From Syntrophales bacterium (GTDB lineage: Bacteria > Desulfobacterota > Syntrophia > Syntrophales > UBA5619), in contig JAURXV010000139.1 of NCBI GenBank assembly GCA_030654195.1, positions 5,295-69,294 on the forward strand: a DNA stretch of 64,000 nucleotides, read 5' to 3'. A program made the position numbers and the translations under genes. Below, one piece after another: positions 54,224 through 63,647 of the stretch (within the stretch, counting starts at the first letter, position 1; each line of letters starts with the position of its first letter). The notes below the pieces were generated by a model, which ran no database searches, was not told where the DNA came from, and saw only the letters and a list, made by a program, of their open reading frames with translations.

Positions 54224-54244
54224 TTTTTCCCTCCTTTGTTAAAG

Positions 54245-54459
54245 TTTGCCGTTATTATGAAAAACTCGATTTTCTGCGAGACCTTAAGCTTTGTTACTTG
54301 ATGAAGAGCTGCATGGCTGGTTGATTTCACCGTTTACACTCATGAAATTGGTTGTGAAGTCCTGCTGAACTATGTGCGATAAGACACCTTTGATAAGGCA
54401 TTGCTTCTTGACGGGGGGAGTATAAGCAGAACGGACTTGTGTGTCAAGGGAATATTGGT
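54245..54459. repeat. 215-bp promoter-leader repeat, copy B
   Basis: See 48939-49153. Confidence 0.9.
54419..54447 (-). promoter_or_regulatory. sigma70-like promoter inside repeat copy B
   Basis: Minus strand TTGACA-17 nt-TATACT, about 190 nt upstream of the dctP ATG. Confidence 0.5.
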
Positions 54460-54616
54460 TACACTCTTTTTCCGCCGTTCCGGCTGTATCCACTCCGGCA
54501 GGATTGTGCTGCGCTCAAGCGCTTATATTATCTTGACAAAGCGCGTAAGAAACGATAGAAGACAAAAGGCATAAAAGGGACTGTTTTTCAAAATACGCGA
54601 GATACAGGGGGCATAA

Positions 54617-55993
54617 ATGATCAAGGAATCCTTAATCGGAGAATTTGAAAAGATCGTGGGCAAGGAGAACGTCCTTACGTCGAAGGAATCTCTGAAAGCG
54701 TATTCCTACGACGGGACAAGCAGTTGGATACACGAGCCCGACGTGGTTCTGTTTCCGACATCGACCGCAGAAATCGCCGCAATAATGAAGATCGCCAACG
54801 CGGAGAAGGTACCCGTTACCCCGAGAGGCGGCGGCACGAACGTCAGCGGCGGGTCTGTTCCGATCCAGGGCGGCATCGTACTCGCCCTGGCGAAGTTTAA
54901 CAAGATCATCCGGATTGACAAGGAAAACATGACCGCTACCGTTGAACCCGGGGTCGTCCTCATGGACCTCAACATGGCGCTGGCGCGAGAAGGCCTTTTT
55001 TTCCCGCCGGACCCTCAGAGCTTCCTGGGCGCGACACTCGGCGGCATCATCGCCGAGAACGCGGGCGGCCCGGCCTGCGTCAAGTACGGGGTGACCAAAC
55101 AGTACATCCTCGGGCTCGAAGTGGTGCTGCCGACCGGTGACGTGATCAATGTGGGCGGCCGGACCTTGAAGAATGTGGTCGGCTACGACCTCACCATGTT
55201 GTTCGTAAGCTCCGAGGGCACCCTCGGTGTCGTCACGAAGGCTGAGCTGAAGCTCAACCCGATGCCCCCTGCAAGGAAGACCATCATGGCCGTGTATGAC
55301 GATGTGGCCAAGGCGGGCGAAAACGTGTTCCGGGTTCTGGAAAACGGCGTCATTCCCAACAAGATCGAGCTTCTGGACAACTGGGTCATCAACAGGATCG
55401 AAGAGATGATGCCTATGGGCCTGCCGAAGGATGCGGACGCGGTGCTGCTTTTCGAGACCGACGGCATTCCCGAGGCCGTGGAGAAAGAGACGGAGAAGAT
55501 CGTGGAGATTGCCAAAAAGTACGGGGCCACGGACGTCCGGGTCGCCAAGGACCAGGCCGAGGCCGACAAGTACTGGCTGGCCCGCCGCGCCGGATTCGCG
55601 GCAGTGTTCGGCAAGGCGCCCACCGTTTTCGCGGAAGACGTTACGGTGCCGCGGGGCAGGATTCCGGATCTTATCCGAAAGTGCAAGGAGCTTGCTAAAA
55701 AATACGCTGTGGAGATCGTGGTGCTCGGTCACGCGGGTGACGGCAACCTCCACCCGTCCATCCTCACGGACATCAAGAACAAGGATCATTACGACCGTGC
55801 CGTGAAGGCGATGGATGAGATCATCGAAGGCGCCGTGGAACTGGGTGGCGTGATATCCGGCGAGCACGGGATCGGCCTCGAGAAGCAGAAGTTCTTCAGG
55901 AAGATCGAGAATCCGAAGGTCATCGACATCATGAAGGGCATCAAGGCGCTGGTCGATCCGAACAACATCATGAACCCAGGCAAGATCTGGTAA
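54617..55993 (+). CDS. FAD-linked oxidase (GlcD / D-lactate or D-2-hydroxyacid dehydrogenase family)
   Basis: FAD_binding_4-type N-domain (VLFPTSTAEIAAIMKIANAEKVPVTPRGGGTNVSGGSVP) and C-terminal GGVISGEHGIGLEK. Confidence 0.88.
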   Translation: MIKESLIGEFEKIVGKENVLTSKESLKAYSYDGTSSWIHEPDVVLFPTSTAEIAAIMKIANAEKVPVTPRGGGTNVSGGSVPIQGGIVLALAKFNKIIRIDKENMTATVEPGVVLMDLNMALAREGLFFPPDPQSFLGATLGGIIAENAGGPACVKYGVTKQYILGLEVVLPTGDVINVGGRTLKNVVGYDLTMLFVSSEGTLGVVTKAELKLNPMPPARKTIMAVYDDVAKAGENVFRVLENGVIPNKIELLDNWVINRIEEMMPMGLPKDADAVLLFETDGIPEAVEKETEKIVEIAKKYGATDVRVAKDQAEADKYWLARRAGFAAVFGKAPTVFAEDVTVPRGRIPDLIRKCKELAKKYAVEIVVLGHAGDGNLHPSILTDIKNKDHYDRAVKAMDEIIEGAVELGGVISGEHGIGLEKQKFFRKIENPKVIDIMKGIKALVDPNNIMNPGKIW

Positions 55994-56006
55994 GAACGGA
56001 GGTACC

Positions 56007-57278
56007 TTGAGCAGTGATCTGAAGGAACTCAAGAAGATAGAGAAGGATGCCGACCAGTGCATGAAGTGCGGTTTTTGCAGCTTCTTCTGCCCGGTGTACC
56101 AGGAGGAGCACACGGAAACCTCGGTGGCGCGGGGTAAGAACTTCCTCGTCAAAGAGATTCTGAAGGGCAACCAGGAGTTCACCCCGGAGATGGGCGAGAT
56201 CATCGGCAAGTGCCTGCTCTGCAAGCGCTGCGTGGCCAACTGTCCCTCCAAGACACAGATCGACCGGGTAGTGGTGGGTGCTCGCGCTCAGATGGTCAAG
56301 GATAAGGGGCTGGGATTCATAAAGGATTTCGCCTTCCGCAAGGTCATGTCCAACCGCAAGGCCTTCGGCCGCTATGTGAAGCTGGCCTCGAAGTTCCAGT
56401 GGATTTTCCCCAAGGGTGAGGGCAACATCCGACACCTGCCGGATTTCCTCAAGGCCTTGGGTCAGGGGCGCCACATCCCTGCGATCGCGAAGACTTTTCT
56501 CCGCGACCAGGTCGAGGAAGTCAACAAGCCGCAGGACGGCAAAGAACCGAAAATGCGTGTTGGCTACTTCATGGGCTGTGCCACCGACTTCATCTACCCC
56601 GAGCTTGGGAAGAAGATCATCGATTTCCTCACCAAGCGTGGGATCGAGGTCGTGGTGCCCAAGGAGCAGAACTGCTGCGGCGCCGCCATCTATTTCAGCG
56701 GCGACTTCGAGACAGGCAGGAAGCTGGCGAAGGATAATATCGACGCCTTCAAGGACGTGGACTACATCGTGACAGCGTGCGGAACCTGTAGCTCGACGTT
56801 GAAGGACTACAAGGTCTACCTGCCGGACAATGAGGACCAGCAAAAGGCGTATGAGGAATTCGGGAAGAAGATCAAGGACGCGACGGAGTTCGTCGTCGAT
56901 GTGATGAAAGTGAACCTGGACGAGCTGAAGCTGAAGAAGGAGTTCGAGGGCAAGACCGCAACCTGGCATGACCCGTGCCACCTGATCCGCTACCAGAACA
57001 TCAAGGAGCAGCCGAGGGCCATCCTGAGGGCACTAAAGGGGCTGAAGTTCGCCGAGATGCCGAACGCGGACCTGTGCTGCGGCATGGGCGGGTCGTTCAG
57101 CGTGTACCACTATGACCTGACGAAGAAGATCGCGGACAAGAAGATGGCCGGCATCAAGGCCACTAACGCAGACATCGTGGTGACGGCGTGCCCCGGGTGC
57201 ATGATCAACCTGATCGACAACGTGGCGCGCAGCAAGATGCCGCAGAAGGTGCACCACCTGCTGGAGCTGGTGGAATAG
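56007..57278 (+). CDS. Fe-S oxidoreductase with two CCG domains (GlcF/HdrD/LutA-like)
   Basis: CMKCGFCSFFCP and CLLCKRCVANCP, then CCG-type motifs (EQNCCGAA, ADLCCGMGG). TTG start at 56007. Confidence 0.88.
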   Translation: MSSDLKELKKIEKDADQCMKCGFCSFFCPVYQEEHTETSVARGKNFLVKEILKGNQEFTPEMGEIIGKCLLCKRCVANCPSKTQIDRVVVGARAQMVKDKGLGFIKDFAFRKVMSNRKAFGRYVKLASKFQWIFPKGEGNIRHLPDFLKALGQGRHIPAIAKTFLRDQVEEVNKPQDGKEPKMRVGYFMGCATDFIYPELGKKIIDFLTKRGIEVVVPKEQNCCGAAIYFSGDFETGRKLAKDNIDAFKDVDYIVTACGTCSSTLKDYKVYLPDNEDQQKAYEEFGKKIKDATEFVVDVMKVNLDELKLKKEFEGKTATWHDPCHLIRYQNIKEQPRAILRALKGLKFAEMPNADLCCGMGGSFSVYHYDLTKKIADKKMAGIKATNADIVVTACPGCMINLIDNVARSKMPQKVHHLLELVE

Positions 57279-57340
57279 GAGGAAACTACGCCATTTCAGA
57301 GGGATGGAAAATCTGCATCATTCCCGCAGGAAAGGCCGAT

Positions 57341-58129
57341 ATGACTTCTCGACCCGTGTTTGTCGGAGTGGACATCGGCGCCTCCAGAACCAAGGTTGCC
57401 GTACTCGATTCGGCAAAAAGGCTGATAGGGTATGCCGTTTCCAAGTCAGGGAACGATTTCAGCGCCGCCGCGGAAAACTGCCTGGCGGTTTCACTCGCGA
57501 TGGCGAACGCGTCCAGGGAAAAGATATTCGCATCCATTTCAACCGGATACGGAAGAAGAAACATTACCTTCGCCACGGCTGAAAAGACAGAAATCAGTTG
57601 CCACGGCAAGGGGTGTTTTCACTATTTCCCTTTCAAAATAAGCATTATCGATATAGGAGGCCAGGACAATAAAATTATCAAGCTTGACGGTGAGGGCCGT
57701 CGCACCGGTTTTAAAATGAATCGAAAATGCGCCGCCGGGACGGGGGCCTTTCTCGAAGAAATGTCCGTCCGCCTTGATATCCCCCTCGAAAAGATGGACG
57801 GCCTGGCCAGGCAATCCCGGAATCTGGTGGAACTGGGAAGTTTCTGCACCGTCTTCTCGGCAACGGAAGTATTGGAAAAAATCCGACAGGGGAAAAAAGT
57901 TCCGGACATCGTCAAAGGCCTTTTTCTCTCCGTCATCAAGAGGGTTCTGGAAATGGAGTCCCTGACGGAATATATTGTGATGACGGGAGGCGTCGTGGCC
58001 CACAATCCGTTTCTCGTCACCATGTCCGAAGAGATGCTTGGAAGGAAGCTGCTCGTTCCCGAGCATCCCCAATTGACAGGCGCGATCGGCGCCGCACTCT
58101 ACGCCATTGAAGCAGGCATGGCCGCATGA
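57341..58129 (+). CDS. HgdC/BcrAD-BadFG-family ATPase (activator of 2-hydroxyacyl-CoA dehydratase-type enzymes)
   Basis: VFVGVDIGASRTKVAVLD, DIGGQDNKIIKL, CAAGTGAFLEEM and GGVAHNP are ASKHA-fold activase motifs, including the cluster-bridging Cys region. The start is ATG 57341. Confidence 0.88.
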   Translation: MTSRPVFVGVDIGASRTKVAVLDSAKRLIGYAVSKSGNDFSAAAENCLAVSLAMANASREKIFASISTGYGRRNITFATAEKTEISCHGKGCFHYFPFKISIIDIGGQDNKIIKLDGEGRRTGFKMNRKCAAGTGAFLEEMSVRLDIPLEKMDGLARQSRNLVELGSFCTVFSATEVLEKIRQGKKVPDIVKGLFLSVIKRVLEMESLTEYIVMTGGVVAHNPFLVTMSEEMLGRKLLVPEHPQLTGAIGAALYAIEAGMAA

Positions 58130-58242
58130 AACCGTAATGCGGGACCTCGCGTTCCCGTCCGGGAGTAGGGAGAGGGCTTTTTGCGACGCCTTCTGGATTA
58201 GCATCATGAACAGGATATCCACAATTCAACGGGAGGTGTAAT

Positions 58243-59784
58243 ATGGCTCACTGGATGAATCTCGGTCAAATGCTGAAAGTAAACGCAAAGAAGTTCCCCG
58301 CAAAAACTGCGATAAAGGATAAGGAAAGAAGCTTCACCTATCCGGAAACAAACGGACGTGTAAACCGGCTTGCAGGGAGCCTTCTTTCCCTGGGGCTGAA
58401 AAAGGGAGACAAGATTGCCGTCCTCCTCGAAAATTGTCCTGAAATCATTGAGGTTTATTTAGCTACGGCCAAAACAGGCATCGTCATCGTGCCGATAAAC
58501 TTTCGGCTTGTCGGGAAAGATATCGAATATATCGTCAACAATTCCGACGCAAAAATGCTGATGGTCGACAGTGAATTCGTCCCGCTGATCGAGGAGATAC
58601 GGCCGGGGCTCGGCAACATTGCCGGGGGCGGATATGTGGTGGTGGGCGGGAAGAGAGAGGGTTACGTTGACTATGAACGGTTGATCGAAGGTTCGGCAGA
58701 CAAGGAACCGGAAGTTGAGGTTCTCCCGAAGGACCCGTGGATTTTGATCTACACCTCCGGAACCACCGGCAAGCCCAAGGGGGTCGTACGTTCCCACGAG
58801 TCACACATTGCTTTCTATCTGCTGAATGTGGCCGACTCCGGATTCACCAACCATGACATTTGCCTCAATGTCATGCCGCTGTGCCATATCAACTCGACCT
58901 TTTACACCTTCACTTTCCTCTATGTCGGCGGCACAGCCTATATTCATCCGGCCCGGTCGTTCAAGGCCGAAGAGATCCTGGAGATCATCGAAAGGGAAAA
59001 GATCACCTTCATCTCCCTCATCCCTACCCATTACAACCTCATATTGAACACGCCTCCCGAGGCGCGGCGCCGGAATGTCGGCTCCATCCGGAAGCTGCTC
59101 TGCTCCTCTGCCCCGGTCCGCAAAAACATGAAGCTTGCGATCCTGGATTTCTTCCCCGGCGTCGAGCTGTATGAGGCATACGGATCTACGGAGGCCGGCA
59201 TCGTCACGATATTGAAACCGGAAGATCAGATGAGAAAGCTCGGTTCGATCGGATACGAGGCGGTCGGCACCGATTTTGTGAAAATCATCGACGGAGAAGG
59301 AAACGAGGCCGACATTGGAGAGGTTGGGGAACTCTATTCCCGCAGCCCGATGCTTTTTGACGAGTACTACAAAATGCCGGAAAAGACCGCCTCCTCTTTT
59401 CGGGGAGAATGGTTCTCGGCGGGGGATCTGGGCAGAAGGGATGAGGACGGGTATTATCAGATCGTGGACCGCAAGGACAACATGATCATCACCGGGGGTG
59501 AGCATGCCTATCCAAGCGAAGTCGAAGAGGTTATCGGTAGCCACCCCGCCGTCTTCGACACCGCTGTCATCGGCATACCCGATGAGAAATGGGGTGAAAG
59601 AGTGGTCGCGGTGGTTATCCCCAAGGCCGATGTCGATGAAAAAACGCTTCTCGAACATTGCAAGGACAAACTCGCTGCCTTCAAGCGGCCCAAGCAGATA
59701 ATCTTTATCAAAGCCGAAGAAATGCCGCGAACGCCAACAGGGAAAATATTACATCGCGTATTGAGGGATAGATATTGCCGATAA
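58243..59784 (+). CDS. AMP-forming acyl-CoA ligase, paralog 3
   Basis: IYTSGTTGKPKGV, YGSTEAG and GDLGRRDEDGYYQIVDRKDNMI..GGEH. Confidence 0.9.
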   Translation: MAHWMNLGQMLKVNAKKFPAKTAIKDKERSFTYPETNGRVNRLAGSLLSLGLKKGDKIAVLLENCPEIIEVYLATAKTGIVIVPINFRLVGKDIEYIVNNSDAKMLMVDSEFVPLIEEIRPGLGNIAGGGYVVVGGKREGYVDYERLIEGSADKEPEVEVLPKDPWILIYTSGTTGKPKGVVRSHESHIAFYLLNVADSGFTNHDICLNVMPLCHINSTFYTFTFLYVGGTAYIHPARSFKAEEILEIIEREKITFISLIPTHYNLILNTPPEARRRNVGSIRKLLCSSAPVRKNMKLAILDFFPGVELYEAYGSTEAGIVTILKPEDQMRKLGSIGYEAVGTDFVKIIDGEGNEADIGEVGELYSRSPMLFDEYYKMPEKTASSFRGEWFSAGDLGRRDEDGYYQIVDRKDNMIITGGEHAYPSEVEEVIGSHPAVFDTAVIGIPDEKWGERVVAVVIPKADVDEKTLLEHCKDKLAAFKRPKQIIFIKAEEMPRTPTGKILHRVLRDRYCR

Positions 59785-59803
59785 CCGGCATCGGCTCCGC
59801 CTT

Positions 59804-59830
59804 CTGAGTAACTTCAAAAAAGTTACTCAG
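59804..59830. terminator. 11-bp perfect hairpin after ligase 3
   Basis: CTGAGTAACTT-caaaa-AAGTTACTCAG, followed by a second GC-rich hairpin and ATTTTGTTT. Confidence 0.5.
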
Positions 59831-59910
59831 CGATAAAGCGCCCCCGGGGCGTGGGTCGCTATTTTGTTTCAAGGCGCTGGTCGAATACATAAGGGAGTCC
59901 GGGAAATATC

Positions 59911-61095
59911 ATGGCTAATCAATTCAAGGTTCTGATCCTCAACCAGATTTCGCCGGTTGGTCTGAAGCGGCTGCCCGCCGAGCGCTACATCATCGGCAAG
60001 GATGTGACAACACCTGATGCGGTGCTGGTGCGTTCCGCCGACATGCATAAACTCGACATTCCCGCCAGTGTCAAGGCCATTGGCCGCGCCGGCACTGGCA
60101 CTAATAATATCCCGGTGAAGGCGATGTCCGCTCGCGGTGTGCCGGTGTTCAATGCCCCTGGGGCCAACGCCAATGCGGTCAAGGAACTGGTGATTGCCGG
60201 AATGTTGCTGGCGGCCAGAAATTTGCGCGGCGCAATGGAATTTGTTTCTGCACTCGATCCGGCTGATCCCAGCATGGAGAAGAGGGTCGAGGACGGCAAA
60301 AAAACCTACGCCGGATTCGAACTGGCCGGGCACTCTCTGGGAATGATTGGCTTGGGCAAGATCGGTTGCCTGGTCGCCGATGCAGCAATCAAGCTCGGCA
60401 TGAACGTGCTCGGCCATGATCCGGAAATTTCTGTCGATGCCGCCTGGAGTTTGCCGGCGCAAGTGAAGAAAGCCAGCAGTGTAGCCGAGGTGCTGAAAAA
60501 TTGCGATTTTGTCTCGATCCACGTGCCGCTCCTGGATGCCACACGTGACCTCATCAACGTCGGCAACATAGGGCAGATGAGGCCCGAGGCCATACTGCTC
60601 AACTTCTCGCGTGATGGGGTAGTCAATGTGGAAGCAGTGCTCGCTGCGTTGGAGGCAAAGAAACTAAGCTGCTACGTCTGCGATTTTCCCAGCCCGAAGG
60701 TCAATCGCCATCCGCAGGTTATTGCCTTGCCGCATCTCGGCGCTTCGACCGGCGAAGCGGAGGAGAATTGTGCGGTCATGGTGGCTGACCAACTACATGA
60801 TTACCTCGAGCATGGCAACGTACTGAATGCAGTGAATTTCCCGGCGGTGATTTTGCCGCGCGAGTCGAATTACCGCCTTGCCATAGCTAATGCCAACGTA
60901 CCCAACATGCTCGGCCAGATATCGACAGTGATGGCGAAAGCCGGCCTCAATATTCACAACATGATCAACAAGTCCAAGGGCGAGGTGGCCTACACGCTGG
61001 TCGACGTCGACAGTCAAGTGCCGCAACAGGTCGTTGATTTGATCGCCGCCATACCCGGCGTACTGGCGGTTCGTTATCTACCGCTGGAACCATAG
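59911..61095 (+). CDS. serA: D-3-phosphoglycerate dehydrogenase-type D-2-hydroxyacid dehydrogenase with C-terminal ACT domain
   Basis: D-isomer 2-hydroxyacid DH fold (GMIGLGKIGCLVA, HLGASTGEAEEN) plus an ACT-like tail (NVPNMLGQISTVMAKAGLNIHNM). Confidence 0.8.
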   Translation: MANQFKVLILNQISPVGLKRLPAERYIIGKDVTTPDAVLVRSADMHKLDIPASVKAIGRAGTGTNNIPVKAMSARGVPVFNAPGANANAVKELVIAGMLLAARNLRGAMEFVSALDPADPSMEKRVEDGKKTYAGFELAGHSLGMIGLGKIGCLVADAAIKLGMNVLGHDPEISVDAAWSLPAQVKKASSVAEVLKNCDFVSIHVPLLDATRDLINVGNIGQMRPEAILLNFSRDGVVNVEAVLAALEAKKLSCYVCDFPSPKVNRHPQVIALPHLGASTGEAEENCAVMVADQLHDYLEHGNVLNAVNFPAVILPRESNYRLAIANANVPNMLGQISTVMAKAGLNIHNMINKSKGEVAYTLVDVDSQVPQQVVDLIAAIPGVLAVRYLPLEP

Positions 61096-61106
61096 AACGC
61101 ATTCAT

Positions 61107-61125
61107 CCCCGTCCACAGGACGGGG
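61107..61125. terminator. hairpin between convergent serA and aminotransferase genes
   Basis: CCCCGTCC-aca-GGACGGGG. Confidence 0.45.
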
Positions 61126-61180
61126 TATTCTCCTGTAGCTTTTAAAAAACCTTCGTATACTCCCAAAGCCTCCTTTTGGT

Positions 61181-62443
61181 CTAAAGCTTGTTTTGATATT
61201 TGTCCTTTACGTAGGCCATCGCCTCATCTATTGCCTTGGCCGTGGTGTCCAGGTCTTCCTCCGTGTGTCGGTAAGAAATATAGCCATGATGGTGCGGATG
61301 TAAAAAGATGCCTCTGCGGATAAGCTGGGTGTAAAAATCATCGCGTTTGGCCCGGTGGGTATCCGTTTCATCCTTCTTGAAGGTTATATAAAACATTGGC
61401 GCCACACCGGTTAATTCGGCGCCGACGTCGTACTTGTTAATGATGTCCCGGATTTTTTTCATTAAACGGCCGCCCTTTTCCCATATGTTGGCCAGGACGT
61501 TGTCACGTTCTAAAATTTCAATGGTTTTTAGAGCGGCAATAAAACCGTCGCTGTTCGGGAAGAAGGTGGAAGATATAAAAAGCTTCTGTGCCGCGGCCAT
61601 CATCACATCGGCTTTCCCGGTAACAACACTTATTGCATATCCGTTGGCCATTCCTTTGCCCAGGACCACCAGGTCGGGGGTGACTCCATAAAGTTCTTGC
61701 GCTCCACCCATGGCGAGCCTGAACCCGGTGCGGACCTCATCAAAGACCAATACTGCGCCATACCTGTTGGCGAGCTCTCTCACACCTTCCAGGAACCCGG
61801 GCTGAGGTTCTGCCATCTTTTGATGGTTGGGATGCCCGAAAGGAGTCATCATGATGGCCGCTGTCTGATCGCCATATCTGGCCATCAAGTCCTCGAGCTG
61901 AGCAAGATTGTTGTAGCGGAATTCATGGACATCCTCGTAGAGCTTTTCCGGAACGCCCCCTTTCATCTCCACGCACCAGTCATGCCAGCCGTGGTAGCCA
62001 CAGCGCATAACCTTGATCCGGTTTGTGTATGCCCTCGCAATACGGATGCTTGCCGTAGTGGCATCTGAACCGGTCTTTAAAAAAATGCTCATTTCTGAAC
62101 AGGGGACGATTTCGCTTAGTTTTTTCGCGAGCTGATTCTGATACCTCTGGGTGAGCGTGAAGCAGAAGCCTTTATCGGTTATTTGCCTGATAACAGCTTC
62201 ATCAACTTCTTCTTCTCTATAGCCCAGGATAATTGGCCCATAGCCGCAGAGGAAGTCAATATATCCATTACCATCAACGTCCGTTAATCTGCTGCCCTTG
62301 CCGGATTCAAGAAAGATCGGATATTCTCCTTCGATAAAATCGCTGGGTTTTCTGGCGCCCAGGACGCCGCCGGGAACTAATTTTATTGCCTCTTCAAAAA
62401 GCTCCCGACTCTTCGTTATGTTCAGTTTCTCTATGGTTTGCAT
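61181..62443 (-). CDS. class III aminotransferase (glutamate-1-semialdehyde aminomutase-like)
   Basis: VPGGVLGARKP...GKGSRLTDVDGNGYIDF...GSDATTASIRIARAYT is typical of the GSA-AM/class III PLP fold. Confidence 0.8.
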   Translation of the reverse strand: MQTIEKLNITKSRELFEEAIKLVPGGVLGARKPSDFIEGEYPIFLESGKGSRLTDVDGNGYIDFLCGYGPIILGYREEEVDEAVIRQITDKGFCFTLTQRYQNQLAKKLSEIVPCSEMSIFLKTGSDATTASIRIARAYTNRIKVMRCGYHGWHDWCVEMKGGVPEKLYEDVHEFRYNNLAQLEDLMARYGDQTAAIMMTPFGHPNHQKMAEPQPGFLEGVRELANRYGAVLVFDEVRTGFRLAMGGAQELYGVTPDLVVLGKGMANGYAISVVTGKADVMMAAAQKLFISSTFFPNSDGFIAALKTIEILERDNVLANIWEKGGRLMKKIRDIINKYDVGAELTGVAPMFYITFKKDETDTHRAKRDDFYTQLIRRGIFLHPHHHGYISYRHTEEDLDTTAKAIDEAMAYVKDKYQNKL

Positions 62444-62474
62444 GAGCTTTCCCTTTCTATATGCCTGGCACGGG

Positions 62475-63617
62475 CTAAATTGTCAGCATCGATGTGATCG
62501 TTTCCGTTTGATGTATTCTGGCGCCTCGTTGCAGTAATGCCGTCAGGAACTTTTCCGGATCGATGCAGCCTTCCGGGGCGACCACTCCCTTTACCGTCAC
62601 GTCGCCGGCAGCAAGCATGAGAGCGGCGATAGAGGCGGGAAGTCCTGTTCCCGGGGCCATCCGGCCCGCCATGTCGGCTGTGTAGGTCACCTGTTTTCCA
62701 TCTCTCTCCCCCTTGACGATCACTTTCAAGCCGGAAGACTGGGGTCCCCTATCTCTATTATTGGGAATGGCCTCCCAAAGCTTCAACGTCAGATCATAGG
62801 GGGTTACTTTTGTCCCCTTGACATCCAGCGGCTCTTTACTGAGAAAGCCGGTATCTTTCTGCTCTTTAATGAGCTGGTCCACCCAGCCGGGGATGAGCGC
62901 GCCTTTGATCACCACCCGTTTCACCCCTTTTATATAGCGGGGAATTGTGAGCGGCTGCGGATGACCCACATAGCAAACCTGACAGGCGCCGAGGGGCTCG
63001 AGAAAGGTAGCCGTCTCCACACCCGTGCCGCCTTCTACATATACTAACTTACCATCCAAATACTGGGGGATTTTACCTATCGTCATGTGGAGACTATGAT
63101 CCCAGGCGGCGCCGGCGAGCTCGGCGATGCTTACGACCCAGAATAAGGAGATCTCGTCCACACGATCCAGTTTGTTCGCGAACCACTTCACTATGACGTT
63201 GTTTGTCCCCGGGTCCGATCCCATGCCGGTCAGTACGGTGATCCCGGCCGCCCGGGCAGCGTTGTCAATATCCGAGGCAAAAAGAATCTCCGCCGCCTCA
63301 TAGTCATCGCAAATATCTATGTAATTGACCTTTGCTTCCACAGCGGCCCTGGCTACTGCCACCGCCGTCTTGTAGAACGGCCCCGCGCAGTTGATGACCA
63401 CGTCGGCCTCCTTGATGGCGCTGACCATGCCGTGGTGATCGTTGACATCGATTTTGATGAGCGATACCTTTTCACTGGCGCGCAACTTATCCTGCATTCT
63501 ACCCGGATCTGTATTTATATCACCGAGAATGACTTTCTCGATCTTATCTTGCTTTATCAGGTCACGGGAGACTCCCTGACCCATTCCGCCCATCCCTCCT
63601 ATTACTAACACTCGCAT
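62475..63617 (-). CDS. saccharopine dehydrogenase-family NAD(P)-binding protein
   Basis: MRVLVIGGMGGMGQGVSRDL Rossmann start. 380 aa with the C-terminal domain typical of Sacchrp_dh. Confidence 0.7.
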   Translation of the reverse strand: MRVLVIGGMGGMGQGVSRDLIKQDKIEKVILGDINTDPGRMQDKLRASEKVSLIKIDVNDHHGMVSAIKEADVVINCAGPFYKTAVAVARAAVEAKVNYIDICDDYEAAEILFASDIDNAARAAGITVLTGMGSDPGTNNVIVKWFANKLDRVDEISLFWVVSIAELAGAAWDHSLHMTIGKIPQYLDGKLVYVEGGTGVETATFLEPLGACQVCYVGHPQPLTIPRYIKGVKRVVIKGALIPGWVDQLIKEQKDTGFLSKEPLDVKGTKVTPYDLTLKLWEAIPNNRDRGPQSSGLKVIVKGERDGKQVTYTADMAGRMAPGTGLPASIAALMLAAGDVTVKGVVAPEGCIDPEKFLTALLQRGARIHQTETITSMLTI

Positions 63618-63647
63618 TCTTAGCCCCTCCTTATAGTCTGCTTATTA

